A stretch of 64,000 bases of DNA from Nemertoderma westbladi (lineage: Eukaryota; Animalia; Xenacoelomorpha), in the NCBI GenBank assembly GCA_032718475.1, contig JAUCBJ010009144.1, positions 1-64,000 on the forward strand, written 5' to 3'. Made by a program: the position numbers and the translations under genes. The first letter of the stretch is position 1. The number at the start of each line of letters is the position of its first letter. Shown piece by piece: positions 49,801 to 60,041 of the stretch. Under the pieces are notes generated by a model. That model saw only the letters and a list, made by a program, of their open reading frames with translations. It was not told the origin of the DNA and ran no database searches.

Positions 49801-52406
49801 TTGAGGAGATACTGGAAACAGGGCGCGAGGTTCGCGACATCCTGAGAGGATCCGGCTTCAACCTGACCAAATTCCAATCCAGTTCAGAAGAATTTATCAG
49901 GAAAATAGAGGACAAGAAACCAGAATCGACCATGGACAACCCTACAACAGCCAAAGGACAGGACATGGCGATTAAGAGAACGGAATCCCAGCAGAAGGCG
50001 TTGGGAATCGTGTGGGATAGAAAAACAGACGAACTGAAGTATCAGCTGAGCCAGGAGGGCGCAGACACCCATACGAAGAGGGGATACGTATCGTATATAG
50101 CAAGGATATACGATCCCCTAGGCCTAGCATCCCCATTACTAGTCACGGGGAAACAGATACTCAAGAGAGTATATAAGTTGAAGGATGAGTGGGACGTAGA
50201 GGTACCAGAAGACATTAAGAAACAGTGGAGCAAATGGACAGGAGACTTGGAGAGGATGGGAACATACAACATGCCGCGAGTGTATTTCCCGGACGGGAAC
50301 ATGACGAATCTGGACCTACATATGTTCTCCGACGCGTCGTTAGAGGCATACGGAGCGGCACTCTATTTAGTACAACGAGAGGGGCCTCACAAGCCCAGAC
50401 TAGCCTTTAGCAAAGCTAAGTCAACGCCGCCAGATTCAGCATCTGTTCCCAAGTTAGAATTGACAGCCGCGAGACTAGGAGTTAGAGCCACAGCCTACCT
50501 AGTGGATACAATTCCCAACATAGTGGAGACACACTACTGGACGGACTCCATGGTAGTGCTTGGTTGGCTACACAACGAAAAGACGAGGTACCCGATATTC
50601 GTCGCGAATAGAGTGGACGAAATAAGGGCGAGCACAGAACTGGAAAGGTGGCACTACTGCCCAACAGACGAGAACCCAGCGGACTTGCTGTCGAGGGGCG
50701 TGGAACGCCACACTTTCTTAAAGAAAGAAGCATTGTGGCAACACGGGCCACAATTTCTGAGCGATAGGGAGGCCTGGCCGCCGATGAGGAAGGTGGACCC
50801 GGGCTCGGAAGTAGTATCAGAAGGAGAAGAGGGAGATTCAGAGGGAGAAGAGATATACTCCCAGATGGTGAGGGAGATCAGGGACGTGCAACCAGGAAGG
50901 GAACTGTGCGATAACCCGACGGATAAACTCCTCAGCTACAGTTCTAGTTGGTATAAGACCAAGAAACTAGTGGCGTACTGGAGAGCCTTTGGGAATTTCC
51001 TTGCGGGAGTCGGCAAGGACAAGAAGACCAGGACAACCATAGATCTGGAAGGAGCGGCCAAGGCAGTGATCCGCTATGAACAACGTAAGAACTACGGCGA
51101 CGAGGTGGAACGTGTCGGTAACCAACAACATCTCCGACGGGTTAGCGAGTTGATAACGCTGTCGCCACAACTCAACGAGGATGGGATCCTAGTAATGAAT
51201 TCTAGGGTGGGATATAACAAGAGTATAGTCGTGCCACCGAAACCCATCATCATTCCCACAGGATCGCCCATAGTCCACCAGATCATATGGGACTCCCACA
51301 AATCGATACTGCATGGGGGCACCAACCGAACCCTCACAGAGATAAGGAGGACCTATTGGGTCAAACAATTAAGGAAGAAGGTGAAAGCGGTAGTGGGACA
51401 GTGTCAGACCTGCCGACGAGCGAAGAAGGAGCGAGCCGTACAGGAGATGGCGCCACTACCGGCGAGTAGGGTAAGACAGCACGACCCGCCATTTACACAT
51501 TGCGGTGTGGACATGTTCGGGCCGATAAAGATCAAGGTGATGCGACACACGGAGAAACGCTACGGTATTATCTTCGTATGCAACAATACGCGGGCGGTAG
51601 GGATAGAACTCGCCCAAGATGCAACCGCATCAGCCTTCATTAACGCCTTAGAAAGGTTTAGAGACCGCAAAGGTGGGACGATCGCAGTGATATACAGCGA
51701 CAACGGCACCAACTTTGTGGGCGCAGAGAGTGAGATGGCAGAGGCCTTAGACATCTTGGAGGGAGAAGAAGTCAGGGCGGCCATGAGAAGACGACAAGTG
51801 AAGTGGGAGAGACGGACGCCGTATGCACCACATACATTAGGATGCGTCGAGAGACTCGTGGGCAGTTCAAAACGTCTAATGACGAAGCTGATGAACACCC
51901 ACATGGTCACTGAAGACGTCTTACGGACAGTACTTGCAAAGTGCGAGGGGATCATTAATAGCAGACCGCTATACCCGGAGAATGATGACCCTGAGTCATT
52001 AGACGTGTTGACGCCTAGCCATTTCCTGATGGAAAGGCCAGCGACCATAGATATGCGGGGTGTAGACCCAGATGATATACACTCCCGCCAAAGTTGGAAA
52101 GTAGCTAAAGCAATTAGCGCAGAGTATTGGAGGAGGTGGGTAGAAGAATACCTACCAACGCTCCATAAGCGAAGCAAGTGGAGGAAGCCAAACAGGGAGT
52201 TGAGAGAGGGAGATCTCGTAATCGTCACGGATGATACTATCATCAACAACCAATGGCGGTTGGCGAGAGTTGTAGGCACCTACTCAGACGAGGACGGAAG
52301 AGTCCGTTCGGTAGAAGTGCGGATAGGTGGAAAGATAGGTGCGAAAGACAGAAAAACCTACAGGAGAGCAGTAGGTAAATGCTGTCTTCTAGAAGGGGCA
52401 CCTTAA
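43857..52406 (+). CDS. Element 2 gag-pol polyprotein (~2850 aa if two frameshifts at G-runs ~46150 and ~47070 are bridged; intact core 47196-52406)
   Basis: Gag FKFDG..EY..F, knuckles CQLH..H..C and CSRCVKSGHKAREC, protease LVDSGA, RT YVDD, RNase H SDAS..PKLEL..WTDS..NPADLLSRG, integrase H-H-CQTC, GVDMFGP, SDNGTNF, VERL. Confidence 0.9.
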
Positions 52407-52518
52407 ATTAGAGTTAGTGTGAAGTTTAGTCGTCCAAGTTTTGGACTGAGGGGGGTGGGATTGAGGGCGAGACGCCCGTCCCACACAAATAAAATAAAAT
52501 AAAAATAAAATAAATAAA

Positions 52519-53166
52519 AGTTAGTTAGTTAGTAGGTACGTAGTACCTAGAGTTAGTTAGTTAGTAGGTACGTAGTACCTAGAGTTAGTTAGTAGGTACG
52601 TAGTACCTAGAGTTAGTTAGTTAGTAGGTACGTAGTACCTAGAGTTAGTTAGTAGGTACGTAGTACCTAGAGTTAGAGTTAGTAGGTACGTAGTACCTAG
52701 TTAGAGTTAGAGGGTACGTAATGCCTAGTTAGAGCTAGAGTCAGAGGGTAGGTAGTACCGATAGAGTTAGAGTTAGTAGGTACGTAGTACCTAGTTAGAG
52801 TTAGAGTTAGAGGGTACGTAGTACCGGTAGTTAGAGTTAGTAGGTACGTAGTACCTAGTTAGAGTTAGAGTTAGAGGGTGCGTAATGCCTAGTTAGAGTT
52901 AGAGTTAGAGGGTAGGTAGTACCGATAGAGTTAGAGTTAGTAGGTACGTAGTACCTAGTTAGAGTTAGAGTTAGTAGGTACGTAGTACCTAGTTAGAGTT
53001 AGAGTTAGTAGGTACGTAGTACCTAGTTAGAGTTAGAGTTAGAGGGTGCGTAATGCCTAGTTAGAGTTAGAGTTAGAGGGTAGGTAGTACCGATAGAGTT
53101 AGAGTTAGTAGGTACGTGGTACCTAGTCAGAGTTAGAGTTAGAGGGTACGTAGTACCACTAGTTAG
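52519..53166. repeat. Array of palindromic TAGGTAC-GTA-GTACCTA units interspersed with TTAG/TTAGAG in the pol-ORF3 spacer
   Basis: About 20 units visible directly in the sequence. Confidence 0.9.
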
Positions 53167-53668
53167 AGAGAGAGAGCGAGAGGTAAAAGGGGTAAAAATA
53201 AGATATAGATATTAGATAGCAGTAAGTAAAGTTAGTAGTGAGAGGGGGGCATATGAGTGCAGCTGGATAAATCGTGTGGCCACACGACGCATACTGCTGT
53301 ACTGCATAGGCCCACTGAGTAGGCCAGAATATGGATCAGAGAATAGAATAAATCCATAGGCAGTAGTAAGTAGTAGGACAGTAGAATCAAAGCAAAATAA
53401 ATAAGTAAATAGAATAGGGCTAAAAAATCGAAAATAGTGGTAACACAAGGAAAGTCGTTCTAGAACATAATAAAAGTAACGGACGGAAATTGTAAATTAG
53501 GCTGATTTACTAGCTCCGAAATTAATTAGATTAAATTAAGCTTGAAAGGCGCAGTTAAGTAGAAAAGTAGGCCATTATCGAACTGTAGGAAACATCTTAA
53601 TACATCACTCATCTGTATTGCGCCTTGGTAAGGCACCACCCTACAGGTGAGCGAGTGTAGTGTTCGGA

Positions 53669-56203
53669 ATGGCGAGTAAGCTGATCAGGAAGAGAAAAGC
53701 GGAGTCGGGAGGAAAAGAAATATTGGTGGATTTCACCGAAGGACACCCGGGGGAGAGGACGGGGGGATACTACGAGAGGTTGGAAAGGGGTCACGCGGCA
53801 CGAGCGCTGCAGGATCACTTCCGGGAGGCGCACGAACAGCGGTTGGTCGGGACCTACGGGACGCCGTCGCTGGATAACGCGATCTTCCAACACTTCCACT
53901 ACGTAGTGAAAGGAGACGAGGCGAAGTTCGGGATTCCGAAGTATCCGAGGGAATCGCCGAGGAAGGACTGGAAAAGATTCATAGAGTCCGTCAACAGAGG
54001 GGGATATATGATCCTAGATGACGAGGGAACCGTGGAAGACGAAGCGGGTTCGAGACGAGGAACGGCAGGGTCGGCCAGGACCATACTCTTGCATTTGGCA
54101 GCGCCAAATGGGGACATCTTCTTATTCGACTTAGGGACGTATGGGAAGAAGGACGGGCCGAAATTAGACCGACTGCCGAAAGCGGTACAGGTCTTAGTAA
54201 GGGAGAAGTCGACGACGAAAGTGGGATCGGCGATTCGCGAGGACGCGGAGAGGATCATCGGTCCGGACGCCACCAACCTCCTGGATATGCAGAAAGTCTT
54301 TATGGCTATGACGGCACCGGATGGATTGGGGGTGGTCGAGAACTCAGGCCAATGCGGGGCGGTGGCGATGGGCCAATTATTGGGGCTCGTATGCCACAAA
54401 CCAATGGATTGGGGAAAGTTTAGGGAAGAATACGGAGCAGAACTAGCGAACTCGCTGAAGTGGGGAGCGAGACCGGGAAAGCAGGAGGTATATCAGTTTC
54501 GCAGAGGAGCGATAAAGGTATATCAGAAGCGATATATCCTGCAGGAGGACTGGATAATGATAAGTTTGCTTAACTTATTCATGACCGTAGTTATCGAAAG
54601 GGAACCAGGGGCATTTCTGTTATCGGGATCACCCCTAAGCTACAGGAGAGCCTTTAAGACGGCCTTTGACGGTCTGGTAGACCACCCGGGGCTGAAGGGC
54701 GAGTCGGTGTACTACAACAGCCGACATCTGGTAGATGGGGAGACGGATACACCGTATCAGAGATGGGAGCAGCTAGAGATGGATAGACGGGAAGCAAAGC
54801 GACTGGAAGAAGTCGCTAGACGAGAGAGGATAGAAGCAGAGGAGAGGGAAGAGGAGGCCAGGACACAGAGTTATGGCTTCGAGGAACAGGCGGGTCTAGA
54901 CGAGCTTCATTGGACTTCGTCAGGGAGTTCGGGGGAGTCTCTAGGACGAGAATTGGGATGGACGGTGGGATCGCCGAAACAGTCGACGTCGGGGTTGCAA
55001 ACGATGCCCATACCAGCGGGCGCCGAGGGCGACCAACCGCCAAGGGAGCTAAGGGAGCTAGAGGGATGGAGAGCTACGGGCGAAAGCCAAGGCGGGAAGG
55101 GACATAGTGGATCCATCGGGATACCGGGATTGGAGACGCTACCGGAAGAAGAGGACGACGACGACGAATTCGGAGAGATGCCGCCCATCGAAAGGATAGG
55201 CCACTCGGACACGGACTGGGTTGGCGGAAGGGTGGTGACGGCCAGTGGGGCGAGGGCCTTCTGGAACAGATCCGGCAAGCGGACCTGGGTGCACGAGGGG
55301 CCGGCGATGGATTTCGCGGAGAGCACCATCAGGTTGGGCGAGCAACCGGGGACGGCACCACGGATAGTATTCGGGGAGACGATGCCCGAGAGGGGCGGAG
55401 AGATAGACGTAAACAGGGAGAGCAACGTAGAGAAGTTCGCCTACCAGCGACTCCATAGACCGCGGAGATCGCTTGGGACGAAGGACGAGGTGGGACGCGA
55501 GACATTGGTACTCGGCTGCGACTACTGTGGGAGACAGACCCATCAGGAAAGCAGCTGCCTATACCGGTTCCAACGGGGAACCTTTTGTCTCTATTGTAGA
55601 GAACCAAGTCACAGGATGGGGGCGTGTCCACGGTTGCATAACCGATGTCCAAAGTGCCACTTTCGGGGGCACTACGGACGCGAGTGCGACTGGATGAGCG
55701 ACGAGGAGAAGTTCACGAGGTTCGAGGAGTGGGCCGACGTGGGGGCCATGACGCGCCAGCGCATGAAGGCCCAAGAGTTCAAGTGGGGTTTCTTCCTCAT
55801 AAACCAGGAGACCCACATGGAAATCATAAAGCGAAGGTTACCGTTTACCTATCAAGAGGTAGCTACGGCGGCATCGTTCGCCGGAGTTATGAACACGCAA
55901 CGGTACCTGGACAGGTGGACACCAGAGAACCGGAGGGAGTCTAGGGATTTCTTGGCGGAACACGTACCAAAGGCAATGAAGATGATCCTATGGGACGCCA
56001 CACGAGGGAAACAACCAGGCCATTCTGAGGGGCCACCGGCGAAGCGGTATCGGGCTTTAATAACACCAGCGCCCAAGGAGCCGACGACCGGGATCAGCAA
56101 GGAAGTGGCAGCAAAGGTCCGGAAACAGAAAGCGGATGATGCCAGAGGAGCGGTGATAACCAAGAAACGGGCCAGGGAGGAGGACGTGAGGAGATACAGA
56201 TAA
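53669..56203 (+). CDS. Element 2 ORF3: RNase D/WRN-like 3'-5' exonuclease + acidic linker + 3 CCHC zinc knuckles + conserved unknown domain
   Basis: Intact ORF (first ATG 53669, 844 aa). Motifs MILDDEG (ExoI), LHLAAPNGDIFLFD, LPKAVQVLV..KVGSAIRED (ExoII), LLDMQ, YQKRYILQE (ExoIII). Knuckles CDYCGRQTHQESSC, CLYCREPSHRMGAC, CPKCHFRGHYGREC. Confidence 0.82.
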   Translation: MASKLIRKRKAESGGKEILVDFTEGHPGERTGGYYERLERGHAARALQDHFREAHEQRLVGTYGTPSLDNAIFQHFHYVVKGDEAKFGIPKYPRESPRKDWKRFIESVNRGGYMILDDEGTVEDEAGSRRGTAGSARTILLHLAAPNGDIFLFDLGTYGKKDGPKLDRLPKAVQVLVREKSTTKVGSAIREDAERIIGPDATNLLDMQKVFMAMTAPDGLGVVENSGQCGAVAMGQLLGLVCHKPMDWGKFREEYGAELANSLKWGARPGKQEVYQFRRGAIKVYQKRYILQEDWIMISLLNLFMTVVIEREPGAFLLSGSPLSYRRAFKTAFDGLVDHPGLKGESVYYNSRHLVDGETDTPYQRWEQLEMDRREAKRLEEVARRERIEAEEREEEARTQSYGFEEQAGLDELHWTSSGSSGESLGRELGWTVGSPKQSTSGLQTMPIPAGAEGDQPPRELRELEGWRATGESQGGKGHSGSIGIPGLETLPEEEDDDDEFGEMPPIERIGHSDTDWVGGRVVTASGARAFWNRSGKRTWVHEGPAMDFAESTIRLGEQPGTAPRIVFGETMPERGGEIDVNRESNVEKFAYQRLHRPRRSLGTKDEVGRETLVLGCDYCGRQTHQESSCLYRFQRGTFCLYCREPSHRMGACPRLHNRCPKCHFRGHYGRECDWMSDEEKFTRFEEWADVGAMTRQRMKAQEFKWGFFLINQETHMEIIKRRLPFTYQEVATAASFAGVMNTQRYLDRWTPENRRESRDFLAEHVPKAMKMILWDATRGKQPGHSEGPPAKRYRALITPAPKEPTTGISKEVAAKVRKQKADDARGAVITKKRAREEDVRRYR

Positions 56204-56870
56204 GTTCCCGGAGGAGAGGGAATGGGACTGAGACTGGGACGTGGTGCGCCTGGAAGGCGCCGCATGTAACGTACGAACTATTAAGTATAAATTTAATTAA
56301 TGCAAATAACTATATAAGTGCAATTCGTATGTACGTACGTAGTGATTAGCAGTAAAATACATACGTTTGGAGTAAGTACTATAGTCATACAACCTTTCTC
56401 AATTAGCTACTGGGACTGGGGGACAATTGACTATGGCACTATGGACGAGACAACTGACAATTTCACACTTCTTGAGTGCGGCGGCACGAGAGGGGGGGGA
56501 GGTTCGTCAGGAGAGATAAAAACAGTCAAAGTGGACTTGAGAATCGGAATAAGAGTGTGAAGTGCGGAGAGAGTGCGAACGCAATTCTAGTGTGGGGGGG
56601 AATGAGAGGCTGAGTAAGGGACGAGGAGGTCCGGGGGTATGAGAGAGTTAGGGTGAGAGTGAAGGTGAGATAGGGCGAAAGTGTTGGGGAAACAAAAATC
56701 GCGTGAAGAGGTGAGCGCGATCGGCCCGACATGAGACGCCAGGCGTAAAGGGTAGCGTTATCATACCCAGAGGGAGCGGCCCGGAAAGCCGACTCCGAGA
56801 GAAAAGAATTCCACCCCACACCCGATACTAGATCGGGATCCAGCGGGATTGTAGCGCACTTTTTTGGTTG

Positions 56871-56908
56871 ATGCTATCTTCTTACCGGGAAGATAGCATG
56901 GGGGGGAG
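56871..56908 (+). promoter_or_regulatory. Polypurine tract with preceding 11-bp hairpin
   Basis: ATGCTATCTTC-7 nt-GAAGATAGCAT, then GGGGGGGAG immediately before the 3' LTR TGT. Confidence 0.85.
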
Positions 56909-57445
56909 TGTTAGCTTATTCAATCCCGCCAACACCCCATAAAGTTATTAGCCGATAAGCAATATTGGGAGCCGCGAGATTGGGTAATTAACCAACTCGC
57001 GCCATCCCAATAAGAATGGGAAGGAAGCACACAATAGAGGGTCAGGGGCCAAACCCCTAACCCAGAGAGAACAGGTGGAGTGAACGGGAATACTCCACGG
57101 GGCGCCAACAAGGGTATTAACCAATCAGAGGGGGGAATGGCATCGATTGAGTAGCAGTAAGGCCACCGTGCAATATAACCAATAACCTATTAATCAGTGA
57201 TTCAGTTATCTCAGTGCAGCAGTGCTAGCGTAGGGTACAGCCAATTAGTTTAGTTAGGGGATCACGGGACTTTAGTTACCGTATCCCGCCTTGTACACAT
57301 TCACAACATATCTATATCTTATAACCTCCTATTATACACCGAACTTCAGAACTCAATTATCTTTACTTCACCCTTACACACGGCGGGGACGCGTGGACTA
57401 AATACCACACCGGATAAATCGGGATCCCTCCTGGATCCCGTCACA
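56909..57445 (+). repeat. 3' LTR of element 2
   Basis: 537 bp, identical by eye to 43241-43777. Confidence 0.97.
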
Positions 57446-58232
57446 GGCTCTACCGACTGAGCTACTGAACCACTTGACCGATGGGTGTACAAATGATAGA
57501 ACCAATACGAATGAGAACTCAAAGCAATCTTTACAAAGTTAATTCGAACAAAAATAAAATTTTGAAAATCCACGGCATTTAGGGAATATAATTCTATACC
57601 GCTCCATGAAAACAGGATATTATCGTGCATAAAATATACGGTTTTCACCAATAATCAATCAAACTATAGAATACTTAGGGCGTACTTACATATTTACAAT
57701 TAAATTTCAAACAATACTTCCTTTTTACGTAATGATTCGATACAAAAATAATTACAAATTCAAACTTTACGTATTTAAGGCTTTACTAAGTAAGTACAAT
57801 ATAAATCTAAATTAAATTCACCAATATAAATCTATTGCATCTCAATATTGCATAAATTCAAACAATTACAAATACAAATAAATGAAAACAATAAGAAAGG
57901 CTCGCGAGTCTTCCATCTACTATTGCATCTCAAATATTGCATAAATTCAAGTAATTACAAATACTTTCGTACCTAAATGTAGATTGCATAAGTTCGAAAT
58001 AATCACGTAAATATAAAATATAAATTCTTACTAAATATAAGTTTTACTAAATATAAGTTCTTATTTCTAAATTTCATAAATTCGGAACAATACAAATTGC
58101 ATAAGTTCGGAATAAGCACAAATATAAAATATAAGTTTTACAAAATTTTCTAAATATAAAACATATAATTCAAAATAAATCACAAATCATAAGAAATGCT
58201 CACGAGTCTTACGTCCACCCTTGCCCTCCCTT

Positions 58233-60041
58233 TTATCGCTTAGTGGATCGAGCCCTGCCGCATCCTCGAAAACTGCGCACAGGTGACTTTGCTCGCGATA
58301 TGGGACTAATTGGGCGAGTCACTGGTTTACTTGGGACGTTGAGAGACGGTGCGACTATTTCCTCGCAAATTCGTCTATTTGGCATCCCAAAACCTCGACC
58401 GATTCCTCGTGACCGATCAGTCGTCACTACAGTTGGTAGAACGTCTGGGAACGTGCGAGAAGCGGACGACGCAGACCCAAGAGTAGCTTGCGCCCCCTGT
58501 TGATCAGCTGGTGTATGTCCCGATCCTCCTACTGGTTCTCTTGGAAGTGATACCGTATCCCGAGTAACTCGAATAGTCGGCTCAACTCCCTTGCGTTCTT
58601 CTACATTAATAATTTTCTTTAATTGTTGGCCCACTTTCTGGACCCGTATGATCCTACCCTGCCCGTCCTCCCGAGGGTGACGTGCAGACGGCGCAACCGG
58701 AGTGGCTGGTATATTTGTCGCCTCTAGGACCTCCTCTTCCTCGAATACGCTCGCTCGTATACGTTTATGGTAAAACGCGGCTCGGTACGCCCATGCGACG
58801 GTTAACCAAGCTCCTTTGTTCCGCTTTTCAGTTCGGAAACGATCGAATTCACCATACGTAATCCGATTAACGACTTTCTGAAAATTCCACGTGTTTTTGT
58901 TATCCGGGTGAATCTGTAGTAGATACTCGCGCACCACTCGGAATCCGCTGTCGTGGGGCAAAATATCAACAACCTCGATAAGTTCGTCATATTGGGGCAT
59001 AGCGGAGATGTATCCTTCCGACATCATCGTTTGAGGATTTACCGCCCAAAATCCAAGATGCGCCCTCATCGGAAACCGTCTTCTTTGTGCCGATACATGT
59101 TCGTCGGCTAAATCTTCCCACTCGTCAAATAATTTCCTCACGAGTTTTACAGATTCGTGTTCATAAGGTATGTCTCTTAATTGGCATTCAGATGCTCGAT
59201 GTCCCTTTATATTGCAATAAGTACATTGAGCCATAAATCTCCAGCAAGTATAAAAGGTATGAGACCCTTGATCCCCACACCATCCACAGATTAGCTGAGT
59301 CGTAGTAATGTGCTTTCCACTGCACTTTGTCATATGATGTCCAGCGACGCCACATTTACTACACATCGTATTGGCAGGGTACCACACTCGTTTGTATATA
59401 AGATCTCCAATCGGTCGAGCGCTTCCTCCCACACTATAATCGTAATCATCTGGGTCTATGGGTTGGTAGGTTTCTGAAGGTTGTATACAAACTATAGCAT
59501 ATGTTGCTTCAAGTTGTCGAATCTCCGTCTGAGATTTCTTCGGGAGGTTCCTTTCTATCTCAAGAAGTTCCTCTAAAGGATCGTCGGCGATCGTAGTAGT
59601 TACTTCGAATTCATCACCAAGGTGACCGATAGGCGCGCGCGTCTGCCGTGATTCTTCCGTAATCTCCACGATACGTTCTCCTTCATAGGGTAACAATGTA
59701 AACATAGATGGTCTTTCGATAAGAGATCCCGCACAGCGAAGATACACGTCTCGAAATATGCTAAATCCTGCTCGAGTAAAGGCATTGCTGTCTTTGCGAG
59801 CTTCGCTGTACTTTCTGATAATTCCTTTATACCAAATATAGTGTAGTCCTTGGCTCCAAATCTTTCGAATGCGCTGCGCCTCCTCTTGGATATCATATCC
59901 CCATCTCGGCTCTCCTTGTATCCCTTTCTCCATAATTAGGGGTGTAGTTACATAATCATTACTACTAGAGGGAATACAACAGAGTTTGTGGTTAGTTGTG
60001 AGGAGACGTGAGAGTTTTGTCTGCCTTTTGGGCTTCGACAA
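58233..60041 (-). CDS. Element 3 ORF3: 3 CCHC knuckles + conserved unknown domain, no exonuclease domain visible
   Basis: AGFSIFRDV..RP (element 1: AGFAIFKDV..RP), knuckles CSKCGVAGHHMTKC, CGWCGDQGSHTFYTC, CTYCNIKGHRASEC, then WEDLADEHVSAQRRRFPMRAHLGFWAVNP. The start codon is uncertain. Confidence 0.75.
   Translation of the reverse strand: MSKPKRQTKLSRLLTTNHKLCCIPSSSNDYVTTPLIMEKGIQGEPRWGYDIQEEAQRIRKIWSQGLHYIWYKGIIRKYSEARKDSNAFTRAGFSIFRDVYLRCAGSLIERPSMFTLLPYEGERIVEITEESRQTRAPIGHLGDEFEVTTTIADDPLEELLEIERNLPKKSQTEIRQLEATYAIVCIQPSETYQPIDPDDYDYSVGGSARPIGDLIYKRVWYPANTMCSKCGVAGHHMTKCSGKHITTTQLICGWCGDQGSHTFYTCWRFMAQCTYCNIKGHRASECQLRDIPYEHESVKLVRKLFDEWEDLADEHVSAQRRRFPMRAHLGFWAVNPQTMMSEGYISAMPQYDELIEVVDILPHDSGFRVVREYLLQIHPDNKNTWNFQKVVNRITYGEFDRFRTEKRNKGAWLTVAWAYRAAFYHKRIRASVFEEEEVLEATNIPATPVAPSARHPREDGQGRIIRVQKVGQQLKKIINVEERKGVEPTIRVTRDTVSLPREPVGGSGHTPADQQGAQATLGSASSASRTFPDVLPTVVTTDRSRGIGRGFGMPNRRICEEIVAPSLNVPSKPVTRPISPISRAKSPVRSFRGCGRARSTKR

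Larger units (their letters stand above)
43241..57445 (+). mobile_element. Full-length BEL/Pao LTR retrotransposon, element 2 (14.2 kb) with extra exonuclease ORF
   Basis: Two 537-bp TGT...ACA LTRs, identical by eye, plus PPT, gag-pol and ORF3. No TSD. Confidence 0.97.

Noticed and set aside
53669-56203. ORF3 as an envelope glycoprotein
   Set aside because: No N-terminal signal peptide or C-terminal transmembrane anchor is visible. The motifs indicate a nuclease plus zinc knuckles.
43801-56265. Many antisense and alternate-frame ORFs within element 2
   Set aside because: They are shadow ORFs expected opposite purine-rich, GC-richer coding sequence.
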